From Planctomycetota bacterium (GTDB taxonomy: Bacteria; Planctomycetota; UBA1135), in assembly GCA_027623295.1 (NCBI GenBank), contig JAQBXR010000006.1, positions 26,975 through 90,974 on the forward strand: a stretch of 64,000 nucleotides of DNA. The letters are read 5' to 3'. A program made the translations under genes and the position numbers. Shown one piece after another: positions 63,698 to 64,000 of this stretch. Position 1 is the stretch's first letter; the number at the start of each line of letters is the position of its first letter. The notes beneath the pieces were generated by a model. That model was given only the letters and a program-made list of their open reading frames with translations, ran no database searches and was not told where the DNA came from.

Positions 63698-64000
63698 CTA
63701 GAAGCTGGTACCGATCAGCAAGTTCCACTGCCGGTCGGTGCTGGAGAATCCAGCCGATGGGTTGCCGTCCCAAGCAATGCTATTGCCGATGGAAAGGTCC
63801 CAGTTGTCAGCGAAGTTCCAAGCCAGATTCATGTTTTGAACATAAGATTCAACGTCGCCACCGTTCAGGTACTCACCGTCTGCGGAGAAGGAAACGTCGG
63901 CAAGCCACTCGATGTCGCCTTTGAAGTCAAAAGCTGCGCGGCCAGTTGCACTACTATCGTTCGGGATGCCTACTTTGTTCTCGTTTACGAATGCAACACC
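63698..64000 (-). CDS. C-terminal fragment of an outer-membrane beta-barrel/porin (5' part lies outside the window)
   Basis: The minus-strand frame is open to the window edge and ends ...DRQWNLLIGTSF-stop (stop codon at 63698-63700). Alternating beta-strand pattern with a terminal Phe. Absent from the ORF track because it has no in-window Met. Confidence 0.6.
   Translation of the reverse strand, partial: GVAFVNENKVGIPNDSSATGRAAFDFKGDIEWLADVSFSADGEYLNGGDVESYVQNMNLAWNFADNWDLSIGNSIAWDGNPSAGFSSTDRQWNLLIGTSF

Noticed and set aside
1-64000. Search by eye for tRNA/rRNA genes, CRISPR arrays, transposases, integrases, phage genes and classic defence-system genes
   Set aside because: None recognised. 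All intergenic regions are under 300 bp and none shows cloverleaf-like or array-like structure. A dedicated tool (tRNAscan-SE, Infernal, PADLOC/DefenseFinder) would be needed to exclude them formally.

Overview
Gene-dense, moderately GC-rich chromosomal segment from a diderm, LPS-containing bacterium. I call about 60 CDS and see no rRNA, tRNA, CRISPR array, transposase or integrase. The content hints at a PVC-like or similar marine heterotroph: PPi-type phosphofructokinase, a sigma-28-type sigma factor with no flagellar genes nearby, many prepilin-like proteins, several alkaline-phosphatase/sulfatase-fold paralogues. The phylum cannot be established from sequence alone.

Main blocks:
1. 1-1531: copper chaperones PCuAC-SCO1 and a small OMP.
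2. 1528-5436 (-): deoxyhypusine-synthase-like gene translationally coupled to a GT2 / LAB_N small membrane protein / ArnT-like GT-C glycosylation module.
3. 5514-18608 (-): a complete type IV filament (T2SS/T4P hybrid) locus. Its ATPase carries N-terminal STAS and MshEN-like modules.
4. 18630-21483 (-): archaeal-type topoisomerase VI (top6B-top6A), directly abutting the pilin gene.
5. 21773-25801 (+): FliA-type sigma factor, M1 metallopeptidase and a membrane protein.
6. 25981-33515: PLP decarboxylase + AIM24, PPi-PFK + OprO/P-type porin, ThrE-like exporter, sarcosine-oxidase-like flavoenzyme.
7. 33800-45837 (+): a 12-kb co-directional array. It holds a secreted protein, a matrixin-IPT protease with a Cys-containing C-terminal sorting-like signal, two phosphodiesterase-family proteins, USP, a PolB-exo-like exonuclease, a Wzx-like flippase, a PIG-L deacetylase and a membrane sulfatase-like enzyme.
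8. 45859-49114: LPS-kinase-like gene and lptFG.
9. 49158-58600: TPR-like protein, C-N hydrolase and a thiolase/hbd/two-ACAD/MBL block interrupted by an antisense sulfatase-like paralogue.
10. 58597-63604 (-): methyltransferase + peptide-type ABC importer with no ATPase genes.
11. 63698-64000 (-): a 3'-terminal porin fragment.

All calls come from reading the supplied translations and the DNA. No database search was run, so family names are motif-based recognitions. Start codons are often uncertain.
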